Assembly: GCA_012026655.1 (NCBI GenBank)
Contig: JAAILG010001312.1
Location: forward strand, 1 to 64,000
DNA from: Hydrolagus affinis
Lineage: Eukaryota
Reading direction: 5' to 3'
Length of the DNA: 64,000 nucleotides
A model generated the notes under the pieces. That model worked only from the letters and a program-made list of their open reading frames with translations, did not search any database and was not told the origin of the DNA. Positions within the stretch are counted from its first letter, which is position 1, and every line of letters begins with the position of its first letter. This document shows, one piece after another, positions 1 to 12,958 of the stretch. A program made the position numbers and the translations under genes.

Positions 1-192
1 AGGAATAATCCCTCAAAAACAAAGTGGTCACTCAATACATGACTGTTTGTGGGACACTGCTGTGCACAATTGGCTGCCATGTTTCGCCCATAAATATTAC
101 AGTCAATTCACTTTACAGTATATTCTGTGAAGCACTTTGAGACACCTAGAAGACATGAGAAGCCCTATATCAAATGCAAGGATTATTATTAT
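1..192 (+). mobile_element. tRNA-derived SINE, 3' half (cut by window edge)
   Basis: gactgtttgtgggacactgctgtg...tgtgaagcactttgagac...tatatcaaatgcaaggattattatt, shared with the full copies. Confidence 0.85.
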
Positions 193-739
193 CATATATA
201 TTAATGATAATGCCCTTTGCTTTTGATACAGCACCTTAATATGTCAAGACAGCTCGAGGAGCTTCACGTAGCGTTCTGTAAAGTGTAGTGACTATTTAAG
301 CAAAGGTGGCCAACAATTCACCCGTGAAATTGATTATTCATGTTACGGCTGCCTGATATGTGGAAATTGGCTGCTGTGTTTGCCTACAAATACAGTCACT
401 CAATTTAGTGTGAGACGTTTCGATAACGTAACAAGGTTGGATGTCATTGAGGTGTCACTGCATCTTTTAACAGCTGAAATCTGAAGCTGAAACAGCTGAT
501 GAGGAGTGTTAATAGTTAGAACTAGATGCAGCGCATGCACCATTCATCTGAAATGCACATTGTCACAATGACTGAAATGATAATGTTCCCAGAGAGACAG
601 CCATTTCCCAACTCACCTCCCTTTTCTCGCAACACCCCTCAGTCGAACGTGGACCAGAGCGATTTATTTATTGTGAGGTCAGTCCATCACTGCACCAGTG
701 GAAAGAGAAAGGAGATTCTTGTGGGGTCCGCACTATCAA

Positions 740-928
740 TCCCCCAAATAAAATTGGCCTTTCACTACACGGCTGTTTGTGGGACGTTGCTGTGTGCAAA
801 TTGGCTGCCTCGTTTGCCAACAAAATACACATATCACTGCTGCACTTTATAGTAAAATCCTGTGAAGCACTTTCAAATGGAGTGGTGATGTGATAAGGGG
901 CTACATTAAATCCAAAGACTATTATTAC
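740..928 (+). mobile_element. degraded SINE 3' half
   Basis: ctgtttgtgggacgttgctgtgtgcaaattggctgcc...tgtgaagcacttt...attattac. Confidence 0.7.
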
Positions 929-1949
929 TGTTGTTACAATTACAACTCCCAAAGGAAGAGAGTAGTGAAGACTGAATCCCGTGTGATCACGTGATACCCT
1001 CACTTACCTCATATCATGTGCTAGTTAGTGCTGATTAGTGCTGCACTGTGAATCTAAGCTGTGTGCCACTAATGTGCAGCTTACATTCTGAGTACATCCC
1101 TCATCCTTGGTCTGTGCTTGTCCCGGTCTTTGTGCTTGGTGAATATCAATGTCTGTCACGAGCATCTTTAACCTTCTGTGATTTGGTTGCAAATGGAGAG
1201 AAAGGCGGGTTTTATATTTGAAGACGGAATGGCTGCTCCTGGATCGGGAGCAGTAACATGCTCTGTTGAGACCTGGTCTGTCCTCCTCCGAGCGGTAATG
1301 AGACTTTCCTGTAGTTAAGCCAAGGTACCGCTAACAGAGTCCATTCACTTCATTATTAGGGATACGGATGCTGACCTTGAGTCTTCCTGTAATCACCCAC
1401 AGTTAATAAAGCCTTGTCACACAGACGCTGTGTGTCAGAGGCAGCATTAGCCCAGCAGGGCTGATCAACATGGGGTGTCTGCCTGGAGATTTGTTTCTGT
1501 GTGCAGGTTTTCAAATCGCCGTGTGGTCATTACAAAGCAGCTGGGGTCACACTGATGCCGTGCAGAGATTCGTAAAAGACAGATTCAGGAAATGATTTAA
1601 ACACATTTGGCGGATGAAAGGCTGGGTGCGCTGACTAACCGTTACGTGAGATTGTATGTGAGTAAAGGGAGGCTGATTGATTGAATCACCCACAAAAATA
1701 CACTTGTCTACTCTATCATTCATCCCGTGAAATGCTTTGAAATGTCTCAACAACATGAAAATGTGTTATTTCAAATGCAAGGATTTTGATTATTTATTTA
1801 TAGGTTGAGGCTTTTGTTCATCCAGCTCCACACCTCTGCTGCTTGTGTTAATTAAACTGTGAGGGCTACGTGTAAATCCAGCTTCAGAATTAAGAATACA
1901 TTTACAACTTTTTCCAAATTCTCCACAAACTTAATTATTTTCTTTATGT

Positions 1950-2164
1950 AATACGCCTGTTAATAATCTCTCCAGAAAAAAATAATAATTTGGTCACTTC
2001 AATCCAAGACTGTTGGTAGGACACCACAGTGCACAATTAGTTGTCACTTTTCACTCAGAAAACATACTGTCAATTCACTTTACAACATATTCTGTGAAGC
2101 ACTTTGAGACACCTCGCAGGCTCGATAAGGCGGTATATCAAATGCAAGGAGTATTATTATTATT
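1950..2164 (+). mobile_element. SINE 3' portion
   Basis: Same body and tail motifs, ending tatatcaaatgcaaggagtattattatt. Confidence 0.8.
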
Positions 2165-2335
2165 TGACTCCTTCAAAGGCATGTCTCAAGACTCTCCACT
2201 TCGACCATGCCTTCGGCCCTACCCTCCATGCCCAGCACCCGCCCAGCTCAGGTCCAAATCCCTGACTGTCAGTACTTTGGGATGTCCTCCTGACCTGAAA
2301 AGGATACTGTGTCAATGAAATTTTATGTTGTATTG
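2165..2335 (+). mobile_element. L2-like LINE 3' end fragment
   Basis: ctccttcaaaggcatgtctcaagactctccacttcgaccatgccttcgg...tttgggatgtcctcctgacctgaaaagg. Reverse-complement related to 40192-40421. Confidence 0.6.
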
Positions 2336-2432
2336 TATTTTAAGGCAATGTTCTTGAGGCTAAGGCTATGAGACATTTCTTTCAGGTATTTGGTTGTAGG
2401 GGGTGAAAGGCCATTGTGTGTCTTACCAGTGT

Positions 2433-2744
2433 GGAGTTCTGTAGCTCAGTGGTTAGAGAACTCGCTTTACAAGCGAGAGACCTGGGTTCAATTCTAGGTA
2501 AGGCGAAACCTTGGGCAAGTTTCCTTACTCTAATAGTCCTAATAGTCATCCTTCCAAAAAAAACCAATAATAAATTGGTTATTTCAATCCTGTTTGTGGG
2601 ACATTACTGTGCACCATTGGCTGCCGCGTTTCGCCCACATACATGCAGTCAATTCACTTTACAGTACATTCTGTGAAGCACTTTGAGATGTCTAGAAGAT
2701 GTGAAAAAGCACTATATCAAATGCAAGGATTATTATTATTATTA
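2433..2744 (+). mobile_element. full-length tRNA-derived SINE (SINE2-type, ~310 bp, (ATT)n tail)
   Basis: Pol III A box (tagctcagtgg), B box (ggttcaattc), ccttgggcaagtttccttact segment, shared 3' body and tail. Confidence 0.9.
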
Positions 2745-4314
2745 CAAGCTGTGTGGCACAGCCAGAGTTACCTCTGCCGGCGAGATGTCGCAATACCCAG
2801 ACTCAGAACGATAATGACCTCTCCCATCCCTTCGTGTAGTCTGAGGCGATACATTAAAATAATTATAATGTATTACAATTACCATTTTATTCCTGTAATT
2901 CTGTGATGCCTTGGGCAGAGCTCTCCAGGAACAAAACTGAATTAAACCAATTTTGATCATTCAGAAGGATGTTGTTAAAATCCTTTTTCATTGACTTGAA
3001 ACAAGAACAATTTGTTTCCAAAAAGGAGCACCAACAGCCTTAACTGGACTTCTGTCTGATGTGTGTGTGCGTTTGTGGAGTGCAAAGGAGTATGTGCGTG
3101 TGGTGGGGGGGTGGGAGGAGGTGTGTTGCTGAATCAGCTCAGGGACTAGTGTTGCGTGTGCCTGGAATTCACAAGTAAATCCTGCTGCAATGGTTTTTAA
3201 TTCAGCATTTAGCTGAGAAGTGATACAAGTAGCTCTGTCAGCAATAGTGGGCGTTCTTTTGTATTCTATATATAAAAATAGCCTGCACCTGTCATCAGCA
3301 GTGTCCCATGACCCTAATGGCTGCACTTGCATAGAGTAGAGACATGGATTACAGCTGCAGGTTGTTGTCTCCGAATGAGATCTTAAACACTATATATGGC
3401 CCCCAAACTCTCTAACTCCTTGCTTCAATCCCTCCACCCTGCTCCCTCCTTACATCTATCATTAAATGCCACCTCTGTGTTCTTCCTTGCCTGGCGCCCA
3501 GCCCCTCCCACTGTACATCTCTGAGACACTCTCCTATATAAACGGAATTTGTCGTTAACATTCTTATTGGCTTCAAACAAGAACAACTCGTTTCTGAAAA
3601 GCAGCCACCAACAGCCTTAATGTGACTTCTGTATATTAACTTTGGAAATACTTCTTATCCTGTCCTTCTAAATCTGCGCTTAATCCAGTGTTTTATCATA
3701 TCGAAACATCTCAAGGTCGTTCACCTGGTGAATTACATTGGAGTGTAGGGATTGTTTGGCAGCCACTGGTCGGGGCTGACAGTGTGTGTTTCTGTGGTGT
3801 GTGTGTGTGTGAGTGTGCGTGTGATGAGCAGAAGGTTCAATTAATGATAATTATTTTCTCATGTGGGATATGGGAATATATTGGGACTGGTAGGCTAGCA
3901 CTGCTTTGATGCCAGCAAACATTGGCGCCATCTGCTGTGTAGCTGGGGCACTGGATTGGCCACTATTAAAAATTGCAAGTCTGTCTCTTAATAATAATAC
4001 TGGCATTTGATAAAGCCCCCTATAACATCAGAAACATCTCATCAATTGCTTCGCAGAATTTTCCATGCAGTGATTGGAAATTTCGTAGGCGAATGGGGGC
4101 AGGACAGACTGATCTTGATTTACAGACAAATAGATGACGGGAGTGATATTTACACTGTGAGCATTTTTCTGCGACCTACTGACCTCAATCCAGATATGGT
4201 TGTCACTCCATATGGCCGGAACACAATCCCCTCTAAACAAACATTTTTAAAAGTTACTGTGTGAAAAGGTTGGAACGCGAAACTCCGCACACCATTCACA
4301 CATAAACTTCCATG

Positions 4315-4550
4315 GGCAGGTGGCTCTGCTGGAAGCACCTTTGCCTCTGAGTCAAAAGATTGTGGGTTCAATTCCCATGTCAGGTCTTCAAACTCACCTG
4401 GTCCAGTCTGATGTTGCATTGCAGTACTGAGGAGTTTTTTGAGGTGCTGTTCCTCGGTTGAAATGTTAATCCGAGGTCCTGTCTGTCTGGTCAGGTGGGC
4501 ATTAAACATCCTATGACACTATTGGAAAAAAGAAGAGAGTTACTCTCGGC
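4315..4550 (+). mobile_element. SacSINE1/DeuSINE-like ancient SINE, 5' part plus Deu-like domain
   Basis: gcctctgagtcaaaagattgtgggttcaattccc head, then gttaatccgaggtcctgtctgtctggtcaggtgggcattaaacatcctatgacactatt, resembling the Deu domain as recalled. Confidence 0.65.
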
Positions 4551-4611
4551 ATGAGATGTCATGCTGACCCCCACCCCCCCACCCCCCCAACACACACACG
4601 CCTGATACAGT

Positions 4612-4917
4612 GCAGTCTTGTAGCTCAGTGGTTAGAGCACTCGCCTTACGTGAGAGACTTGGGATTCAATTCCTGGCAGGTCGAAACCTTGGGCAAGTTT
4701 CCTTACTTCAGACGCCTGATAATCATTTCTCAAAAAAACAATAATAAATTGATCATTTCAATCCACGACTGTTTGTGGGACACTGCTGTGTGTAATTGGC
4801 TGTCGTGTTTCATCCACATCTATACAGTCAATTCACTTTGTGTGTATGCTGTGAAGCACTTTGAGATGTCTAGAAGACATGAAAAGCACTATATGAAATG
4901 CAAGGATTATTATTATA
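4612..4917 (+). mobile_element. full-length tRNA-derived SINE, ending ~70 nt upstream of a syt7 acceptor
   Basis: A/B boxes, body and ATT tail. Confidence 0.9.
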
Positions 4918-4986
4918 ATGTACATTCATACGGAGTTTGCATTTCTGTGTTCTAAATTATTTTCTCTTTATTTTCTTATCTTTAAG

Positions 4987-5066
4987 GGCAAAAGACACAA
5001 GAGTTCCCTGGAAGCAGTAAGCACACCGGACTCCAATCGAGGCCGCAATGAGAAGAAAGCCATCAA
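4987..5066 (+). CDS. syt7: Syt7 juxtamembrane exon (80 nt, phase 0->2): GKRHKSSLEAVSTPDSNRGRNEKKAI(K/N)
   Basis: ttttcttatctttaag|GGCAAA...ATCAA|gtaggt. Resembles mammalian [27 protein letters not shown]. Missed by the ORF track. Confidence 0.93.
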
Positions 5067-7247
5067 GTAGGTGCCCTGGGGTGGGGGTGGGGGGGATGCG
5101 GGGAATATCTGGGCCACCGCTTGACTGACCTGCACTTGTCTTTCTTCGCACAGGGTTCTTGCAATGTGTACGAAATGTGTCTCCGGTCATTGTAAGGTGT
5201 TTAGCAATTGCTACCGTATTATTATTTCTCTTCTGATGGGGTTTGCCGCCTGGAACAGCACAAGGATTATCTTCTTCCCAGCCAACGTGTTAACCAGGGG
5301 GACGCCTGCAGTCTCTCACAGGAAAACAAAACATGCTTGATTCTTTCTCTTTACGATGTTCAGGGATGGGCTGTGGGGAGTGAGTTGTTGGGTGCCCAGC
5401 TCCACCTCAGCAATGTCGATGGCTGGCTCTCTGTCCTACAGCTGGTACGGAAATGGGAGGAAAATCTGAGTTCTGAGTTGCATTCCGACATTCACTCATG
5501 GACTTCAATACACTGTGCGTTTGTGAGCTGGGAGATGTTCCGGGTTATCCTGTCTGTTTCTGAGTTTGTAACCAAAGGTCTTTTAACTGCACTGCCTCTC
5601 ACAGCACATGGGATGGTTATAACATTACGTGAAGTCATTTCTCTCCATCAGCATTAAATTCGGCATTTCTAATATGATCAAAATAATTCATTGCGTTAAA
5701 CCTTTTGCAGGTTTACCTGTAGTAAGAGGACGTTGGGACACTATTTTGCAGAGAGCAAAGGCCTTGATGGCAAACTGTTACACACAACATAGTGGCCTGA
5801 GGGAATTATCTTGAACAATAAGCGTTGTCCCTGGTGCCCATATTATTAGACAGTTCTTTAAATTCAGAAACAGAACATACATTGAGTCTGGGGCCTTAAT
5901 AATTATCCCTGATGGTTACATGATACCGTTCTGTGATTGTGGCATATTATTCTGTAACAATACAAATTTACTTTCAGCATAATTTCTGACTGCCATTAAC
6001 ACTGATTTCACTTTCAATGCGGCTGTGGTCTGTATTGTTGGAAAAGTATCCATGGCGGACAATCCTAGGCTGCAATTTAATCCTCGCACTTCCGATGCTG
6101 TTCCTAAACTGATCAAGCCTCACTCTCATGATTTTATAATGTTTCCTCTTTCAGCCTCATTACTTACTGCCTATTGTCTGCAACCCGCATCTCACCAATC
6201 TTCCTTAATCTGCTCTCCATGCTCAGTCAACGCTTCCCCTGACATCTTCACGGTCACCCAAACAGCTCCGTCACGTCTCTCAGTAGTTCAAGAGTTCCTG
6301 AAAACATGCTCCCCTGATTTCACTCAGCAGCAAGCTCGACTTCCCCGTTGAGACAGAAATGTTTTATTTTTCCCTGTCCCTTACAGATATAAACAATTCA
6401 TGGTTTGGTCGGTGTTGCGGAGTGCTGTACAATCCAGAGGGCAAGCCACATGGGCAACACTTGTACATTGCATGCGTTTGTAAACCATACCTAATGCATA
6501 TCTGTGTACGTCTGCAGATAAGACTTGCAGACCAAATTATACTGAAATTCACAATGTTTGTGGAGTAAACATTAACCCTTTGAAGACTGCAATAGCTTGC
6601 AGTACCAAAATCAGAAGCAAAATGTGACAAATATCGTTCGAAATCCCCCCCCAATTTTTTCTCTTCTAATAGGTGGGCAAAAATAATTTTTAACACTTCC
6701 CTGCTCCCTTACCCTTCACACCCTTAATCCTTTATCCCCAGCTCCATCCCTCCCCTGTGACACTAGCATCCCCCAATGTTAATCTGCATGAGCCATTCAT
6801 ATTAAAAAGAAATTGATTATTTAACAGCAGTGTCACTGAAAACAGAGGGGATAACGCCAGTGTTGGCTTTAAGCATTCCTAGGGCACCATTTGTTCATTC
6901 TCTCTGCCATTCAGAATTTGGGATTCTCTTCGTGAAGAGTGCTGCTTAGTACTTTAACCCCTTTTGCCGATGAAGTTGACTCCTTCTGTAGCGAGGGGAT
7001 TTTCCAAGGAGAAGGATTTATGAACTACAAACTTCCAGATCTACTTTCAAAATGTAACTGCATGTTATGAATTGGGCATGGGATAAAAAGTACCTAGTCG
7101 TCCATTCAGTTTATCATAGAGTGTTACAGCACAGAACAAGTTATTTGGTCCATCATTTGTATCTACAAGAGCCATTTCAGCCCATTATCCTGCTTGCTCC
7201 TCACTCTCTTTAATATTCCTATCAACTCCTCTGCTTCAGTTGTGAGC

Positions 7248-7912
7248 ATGCAACATAGCCAGAACCTTCACCCTCACCTATTATGGTTAATCAGAAGAGA
7301 AGTTTAGTATTGTCAACTGATGCCTTCAAAGCGCTGAGATATGCCTGAAACAGACAAGCATCTAGCAACTAAAGCAAGTGTCCAATTGCAGTGCACAGAA
7401 TGAGACTGAAATTGATTATAGGTAACAGAGCCATTATCCCACTCGCACAGCATAACATCTCGTACATAACACACATACATACCAAAGTACAAACTGAACC
7501 ATTAGCATATACAGTCAGTGAGATTAAAGCCCATGTATTCCCTCATGGATTGTGTAGTTATTGTGCTCTTGAAGCAAATATCATTATCGCCAATCATCAT
7601 AAGGAGTTGTGTTGAGGTTGAAGACCTCTGTTTCCATAGTTACCTTGACTTTCTTCTGTGCTACTGACTAACAATGGTTTGTACTTTAGTTATTCTGTTC
7701 TGGGAGTCCAAAGAGGCATTGGTGATGGATGGCTCTGCTAGCTATAATTAATCTCACCATGAGTATGCTGTTTGGACCCTTGCTTTGGTTACTGGACGTT
7801 TGTCGGGTTCAAGTATACCTCAACACTTTGAAGGCATCAGTTAATAATACCAAACTTTGCTTCTGATTAACAATAATTGGAGAGGGCGAAGATTGTATAT
7901 AGATTATGCTGG
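7248..7912. mobile_element. putative old non-autonomous DNA transposon/foldback element with ~180-bp diverged terminal inverted repeats
   Basis: 7261-7440 is the reverse complement of 7720-7896, e.g. gttaatcagaag..aactgatgccttcaaag versus ctttgaaggcatcagtt..cttctgattaac. Confidence 0.65.
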
Positions 7913-9699
7913 TGATTTGAAAAATCCAACGGGCATTTCTTGAAAATTGGAGCCTTGTATTCTAGACTTGGGACCTTGGTTCTTGCAGCCAAACAAAGGG
8001 ACTCATCTTTAATCCACACAATGGATTTTGTTCCAGAACAACACTAGAGTACATTTGGCTTTAGTATAAAGCCAACAAACCAATACAGTACCTAACTCAC
8101 TCCAAGCCATGGACAATATTCTACTTTCCTTCCAACTATGATGACATCCAACTCATCTCCCAAGGCTCGGTTGATACTTATCTTATGTCCCAATGATGCA
8201 TCCTGATGTATATCTCGCCTTTTGCCCAATAGGTGTTGTTGGAAGTCACCGCTGATCTACACTTGTGCCTCCATAGAGTTGCCTTCAGTGGATTCTTATT
8301 CCTGGTTCAAATGTAACAGGAGCTCACGTTACAGAAAAGCATATATTAACTCATCAAAGTATATCATCAGAAATCCTTTGTACGAAATTCCTTTAAATAC
8401 TTCCTGTAATCCTTGAAATAAGCACACTCATTTGGCACAGAAATAATTTTGACCTGAGAATAAGTACTGTAATATAAAGGTCAATAGATAATGTTAGCGC
8501 AGAACAGAAATGTCATTCACAATACAGCACAATTAAGGAGGCCACCACTGGTTTATCTTGAGAGCGGAAAGTCATCAGCTGATTCTTTTTAAGAAAGGTC
8601 ACCTACATTACCTTCATTCGCAGAAAGAAATCAACATTTTCTCTCACTTTCATGCCCCATCACTGTTGAATGGTTTCTGTTCGACTCTCAAAGGGAACAT
8701 CATAGAGAGGGGTTACTTGCTAGGTAAGAGCGAGATAACAGAGTACATTGAAAGAAAATTTACTGGAGATTTGGAGCACTAGAAGGCATGTTCCCTTGGG
8801 AGGCATTTGCTAGCTTGCTGGCCTATCTTTTGCAAACTCCACAAGATGACCTCTATCAATGTCAACAATGAATCCAGTGAAGCTAGCTCAGGAACTGAAG
8901 CTTTCTGAACAGGTGATATTTACACCAGCTACGTAGTAATTGATCACCTCTCGCTGCTCCTCTCTGGGACAAGGGAACCTGCGCAGCTGGCAAGAAGTTG
9001 ACCTTTTGCTTTATTATTGACTGCTAATTCTGGAGTCTATCACAGACATAAGAGCAACAACTGAAAGCAAACATTGCAACTTGATATTTACTTGGGTACC
9101 AAGTTACAATTGGATCCCCTATATTGGCTTGGCTGTGAGTATCCAATAAACACAGGCCAGGCACTGACCTTGACACAGAAAGAGGTCATTTGGCCCATTT
9201 TGTCTGGGCTGATATCACCTCTTCCACTTGCCAGTGCCTCCTCCACGTGTGTTAGCCACTGTTCTTTACATTTTCATATAGCTTTTTACATTGTTCTTCT
9301 TGCATTGTTCTTAAAATGGATACCCCACTTAATTTTAAATAGAAAATCCTATTAAATGCTGGCAACTATCTCAAGTGCATCCCCTCACCTGGAACTCATT
9401 TTCAATTGAACACTTTGCCTGCTGCCTCTCTCCATCGTTCCTCCGTCAAATAAAATGCACGTTTTGTTCTCATTGGCCTTCCCTTTCGTCAACCTGTTTG
9501 AATTTAATATGTCCCAATTATATATTCACTGTTCTATTATCAAAGCGCTTTGAGGTGTTTGCTTACCTGAAAGACCCTGTAATCAATGTAAGTTGTAGTT
9601 GATGTTCCTGTAACTCAGAAGGAATTTATATTTTCACTAGGGTTTTCAACCTGGCTCAAACTGATATCAAAGGCTCTCATCTAACTGTAGATTAATGTG

Positions 9700-9741
9700 C
9701 ATATAGTGCAATGTAGTGAACATATAGTGCAATGTAGTGAA
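9700..9741. repeat. 21-bp perfect tandem duplication (catatagtgcaatgtagtgaa)x2
   Basis: Read directly from the sequence. Confidence 0.9.
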
Positions 9742-11783
9742 AGTGCTGACAGTAAATGAAAAGCTACTGCCAACAACCAACACTGGTTGGATGATGAGCA
9801 CAAAAGTCATTGAACAACTGCAAAACAAGGTGAAATATTTTCATCCACTTTGTACAGGATATATTCTGTGTTTTGTCACTTCTGTGAGAGATGATCTCGC
9901 TCACTCGGTCTATGTCCCATTGGTGAGTGCTGTGAGTTAACAAATTAAATAAAATAATTGAACAGACAGCACAGGAAGTACCAGCATAGACTGGATTCAT
10001 CCCATCCCAGCCAATGCTGGTACTCGATTCAATGCTGGTACTCGCTACATTTTGTAGTCTAATTCCAATTCCCATACCTCAAACATCCAGTTCATTTTAA
10101 GAGTGTTACTATGACCATAGCTTAATTGGTCACTTGTGGTAAAACCTATGTTTTAATTACTCGTCAGTTAGGAAATTGTGTTAGAAAATTCAAATAGGAA
10201 TTACATGGCTAATTAGTGAAGAATTCAGTTGATGTGTATAAAAGAGAGAGCTTTTTTTTTATTAAAAAAAAACTTAAGAATCATACAATATTCATTCCAC
10301 TCTCATATGTTCCTATGTAACCGTCTAAATACAAGTCTAAAACAAATAGGTAAAAACAAATATATTAGGCCTCCCCTTCACTATTCAGTGAATACATTGC
10401 TCAGATATGATGCCTCTGCAGCCAACTTCTGTCAGCCAATAGGTTTCTGATTTCAGTGCAGAAATATCGCAGAGATCAAGGTGGAAGCAGTGCCAGTGAC
10501 AAGGCTGTGAGGTTGGAGAAACACATTGGAAACTTGCCAACTGTGCTAAATTTGGAACATCCTGTGGTAAGCAAATGCTACCTGTCATCCTCAAAAGATT
10601 AAAGATGGTCTTCACTTTTCACAGACATCTTATTTGGCCGTACGTGCAAATATCATAAATCACGATTATAGGATATTATGATTTATGATAAACTCGCTGA
10701 AAGCGTTGGAGGAATTAACAGGACTTCTGCCGCTACTTTTATCTGGAAAGCAAGCCTTGTGCAAAAACCGTGCTTCTTAGCTCAGTGATTATGGTTGAAG
10801 ATGTGGTGATACCCTGCAGTCTAACAGTATGCGTGTGGCTGCCCTCTCTCTCTCTCTCTCAGAGTCAGGCTCATTCTCTCATCCTCAAACGCAACTTTTT
10901 TTTTGATGCAGGCACTTCATAGTAAGTGTGATGAGAGGCTCAATTAATTGGAGCGCTCAGATCATACTCATTGACTGCAATAGATGGTCTTTCAAGTTTA
11001 AAATTTATTGTAAAGTAATGAATGTCGCTGCACTGCTTGACTTATCAGTTAGATCAAAGAATGTTTTATTTTAATCAAGCCCTTTGAAAAAAAAGATCAA
11101 CAGAAGCGGTGTTTTGTGAGCACGGCAATCAAAGGTTCTTGCTATAATCTGTTAAACCAGCTGAGTGGTGCAGTACAGTATGGGTAGATGTTGCTCCCCT
11201 TCCCACCTCAGCTCTCTAGCAGACGCCCATTGTTCCGGTTGAGCGGGGTGCAGGGGGAGTTTGCATAAGACATCACTTAATGAAGAGATTGCAAAATGTG
11301 CCATGATTGAAAGCACTGCCACACATCGCCCTTCCAATTGGTAGTCAACCCTGAGCTTTGTTGAGAAGCTATCTGTCAATGTATCTAACTTTCTTTTGCC
11401 TTCTGTCTGTCTAACAAACTCTTAACTCTTTCCCCATCCAACAGCTCCCTACATATGTTTGAGCTGTGTATCCAACTCCCTTAATCAACAAGACATTTTC
11501 TCCTAAAGCCAAATTTTAGAGCTAAGTTAGGATTTAAGTCTCGCAAAGATAGAAGCACGGACGCGATTACACTGTTGATCCCCATCCAACTCCCTATGAG
11601 TGATGATAACCTGTTTCCTTTGCCAGGCATCCTCTCAGCACTGAGCTGCCAAGTGCTTCAGTGATATGAGAGACTCGTTCCGGAACATCACGGGAATTCA
11701 CCAGCATTTCTTCATATTTCAGCTTTTGTTGTGTTTCCTTCTTTTTCTTTTCTCTCTCTCTCTCTCTCTCTCTGCTGCTCTAG

Positions 11784-11915
11784 TGATCTTGACAGAGACT
11801 TTTGGAATAACAATGACAGCACAGTGCACCAGAAATGGAGTTCCTACCCTCCAAAGGAGTTCATTCTAAATATTTCGCCTTATGCACCATATGGCGACCC
11901 ACGGCTTTCACTCAA
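11784..11915 (+). CDS. syt7: Syt7 alternative linker exon (132 nt, 44 aa, phase 2/2; Syt7beta-type insert): DLDRDFWNNNDSTVHQKWSSYPPKEFILNISPYAPYGDPRLSL
   Basis: (CT)n tract + ctctag acceptor and CTCAA|gtgagt donor. Near-identical to the mammalian 44-aa insert as recalled. Confidence 0.93.
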
Positions 11916-12195
11916 GTGAGTTTCTTTCAATGGCTTGGTTGTTATATAGTGAGAATGTAACCCTCCTTACCTACCTGTCCACCCAGTCCCACTCCCATGC
12001 TCGTTCTTTCCACAATGCTGCCCTTCCCACCCTACCTCCTCTCCTCATGGATAATGACCGCATGGAAATGAATAACCCTGCTAATCATGTACCGCCCTGA
12101 GATCTGAAATTCCACATAGTCTTAGTCTATCAGCCCTCCATATCCTAAAAGTTATGATCTCCCACAAACACCCCCCCCCCTCACCCCATCCACCT

Positions 12196-12298
12196 AAAAT
12201 TGTGGCGATTTCTTAAATTCAGCCGTTGCTTTGAAAACAGCTTAGAACTAAGCCAGCTTCCAAATCAAGACTGAATTTAAGAAATTCCATGCAGTTCT
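12196..12298. mobile_element. ~100-bp MITE-like palindromic element
   Basis: Perfect 15-bp inverted core ATTTCTTAAATTCAG / CTGAATTTAAGAAAT. Related copies occur elsewhere in the window. Confidence 0.6.
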
Positions 12299-12754
12299 GT
12301 TCCACATCAAATTAAGACAAAATGGTCAGCCTCCCAGGCTAAGAGTGAGGGGAATTTCAGGGCTCAGGTGTGGACAGCTGAAACCCTCCCTTGATGTGAT
12401 CCTCCTCCCAAGTCCAGGGTTGCTCGCTGTGCTTTGTATACAGATTGTTTGCTCCGTTGCTCTACACGCTCGAACTAAGTAAACATGGGTGCATATGCGT
12501 TGTAGTTGTCTGGCAATGCTGGTATTGGTAAGGTATCCCTTAAGAGTTTAATGTTTCCCCCCACCCCAACCCACTCCCCACCTCACACTCCACTCCACAT
12601 CCTTCCCCTTCTCTGTTGTATTTTTTCCCTGAGCTTTCGAAGAATGGGTCTGTGTAGGTGTGTGCTGTCGAGTTGTAGCAGCAGAGCTACTCTACGCCAT
12701 TCTTCACTGCGGGTTGACTCTCTCTCTGTCCACTCTGCTTCCTGTCCGTCTCAG

Positions 12755-12958
12755 TGGCTCTCTCATGTCGGGTAACAAAGCTCCATTACACGAAAAAGAC
12801 TTACGCTCGGCCGAGAAGCAAGCCCGCAGCAACAGCGTCAAGAGCAGCGGATCCTCCAACAGTAATCGGGTTGAAGCTGCCAATGGCAAGGCAGGGAAAG
12901 GTGGGCGCTGGCATACAGTCCAGACTCTCCTAGCATCGGGCAAGCTCAACCAAGCTAA
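12755..12958 (+). CDS. syt7: Syt7 alternative linker exon (204 nt, phase 2/2): GSLMSGNKAPLHEKDLR...GKAGKGGRWHTVQTLLASGKLNQA
   Basis: ccgtctcag acceptor and GCTAA|gtgagt donor. Both ends resemble mammalian NGTLLSG...GKAGRGRWRTVQSHLAAGKLNLS. Confidence 0.88.

Noticed and set aside
2433-2505. tRNA-like sequences (also at 4612, 24170, 41055, 53280, 63870)
   Set aside because: They are SINE heads: each continues into the same SINE body and ATT tail, and the cloverleafs are degenerate.
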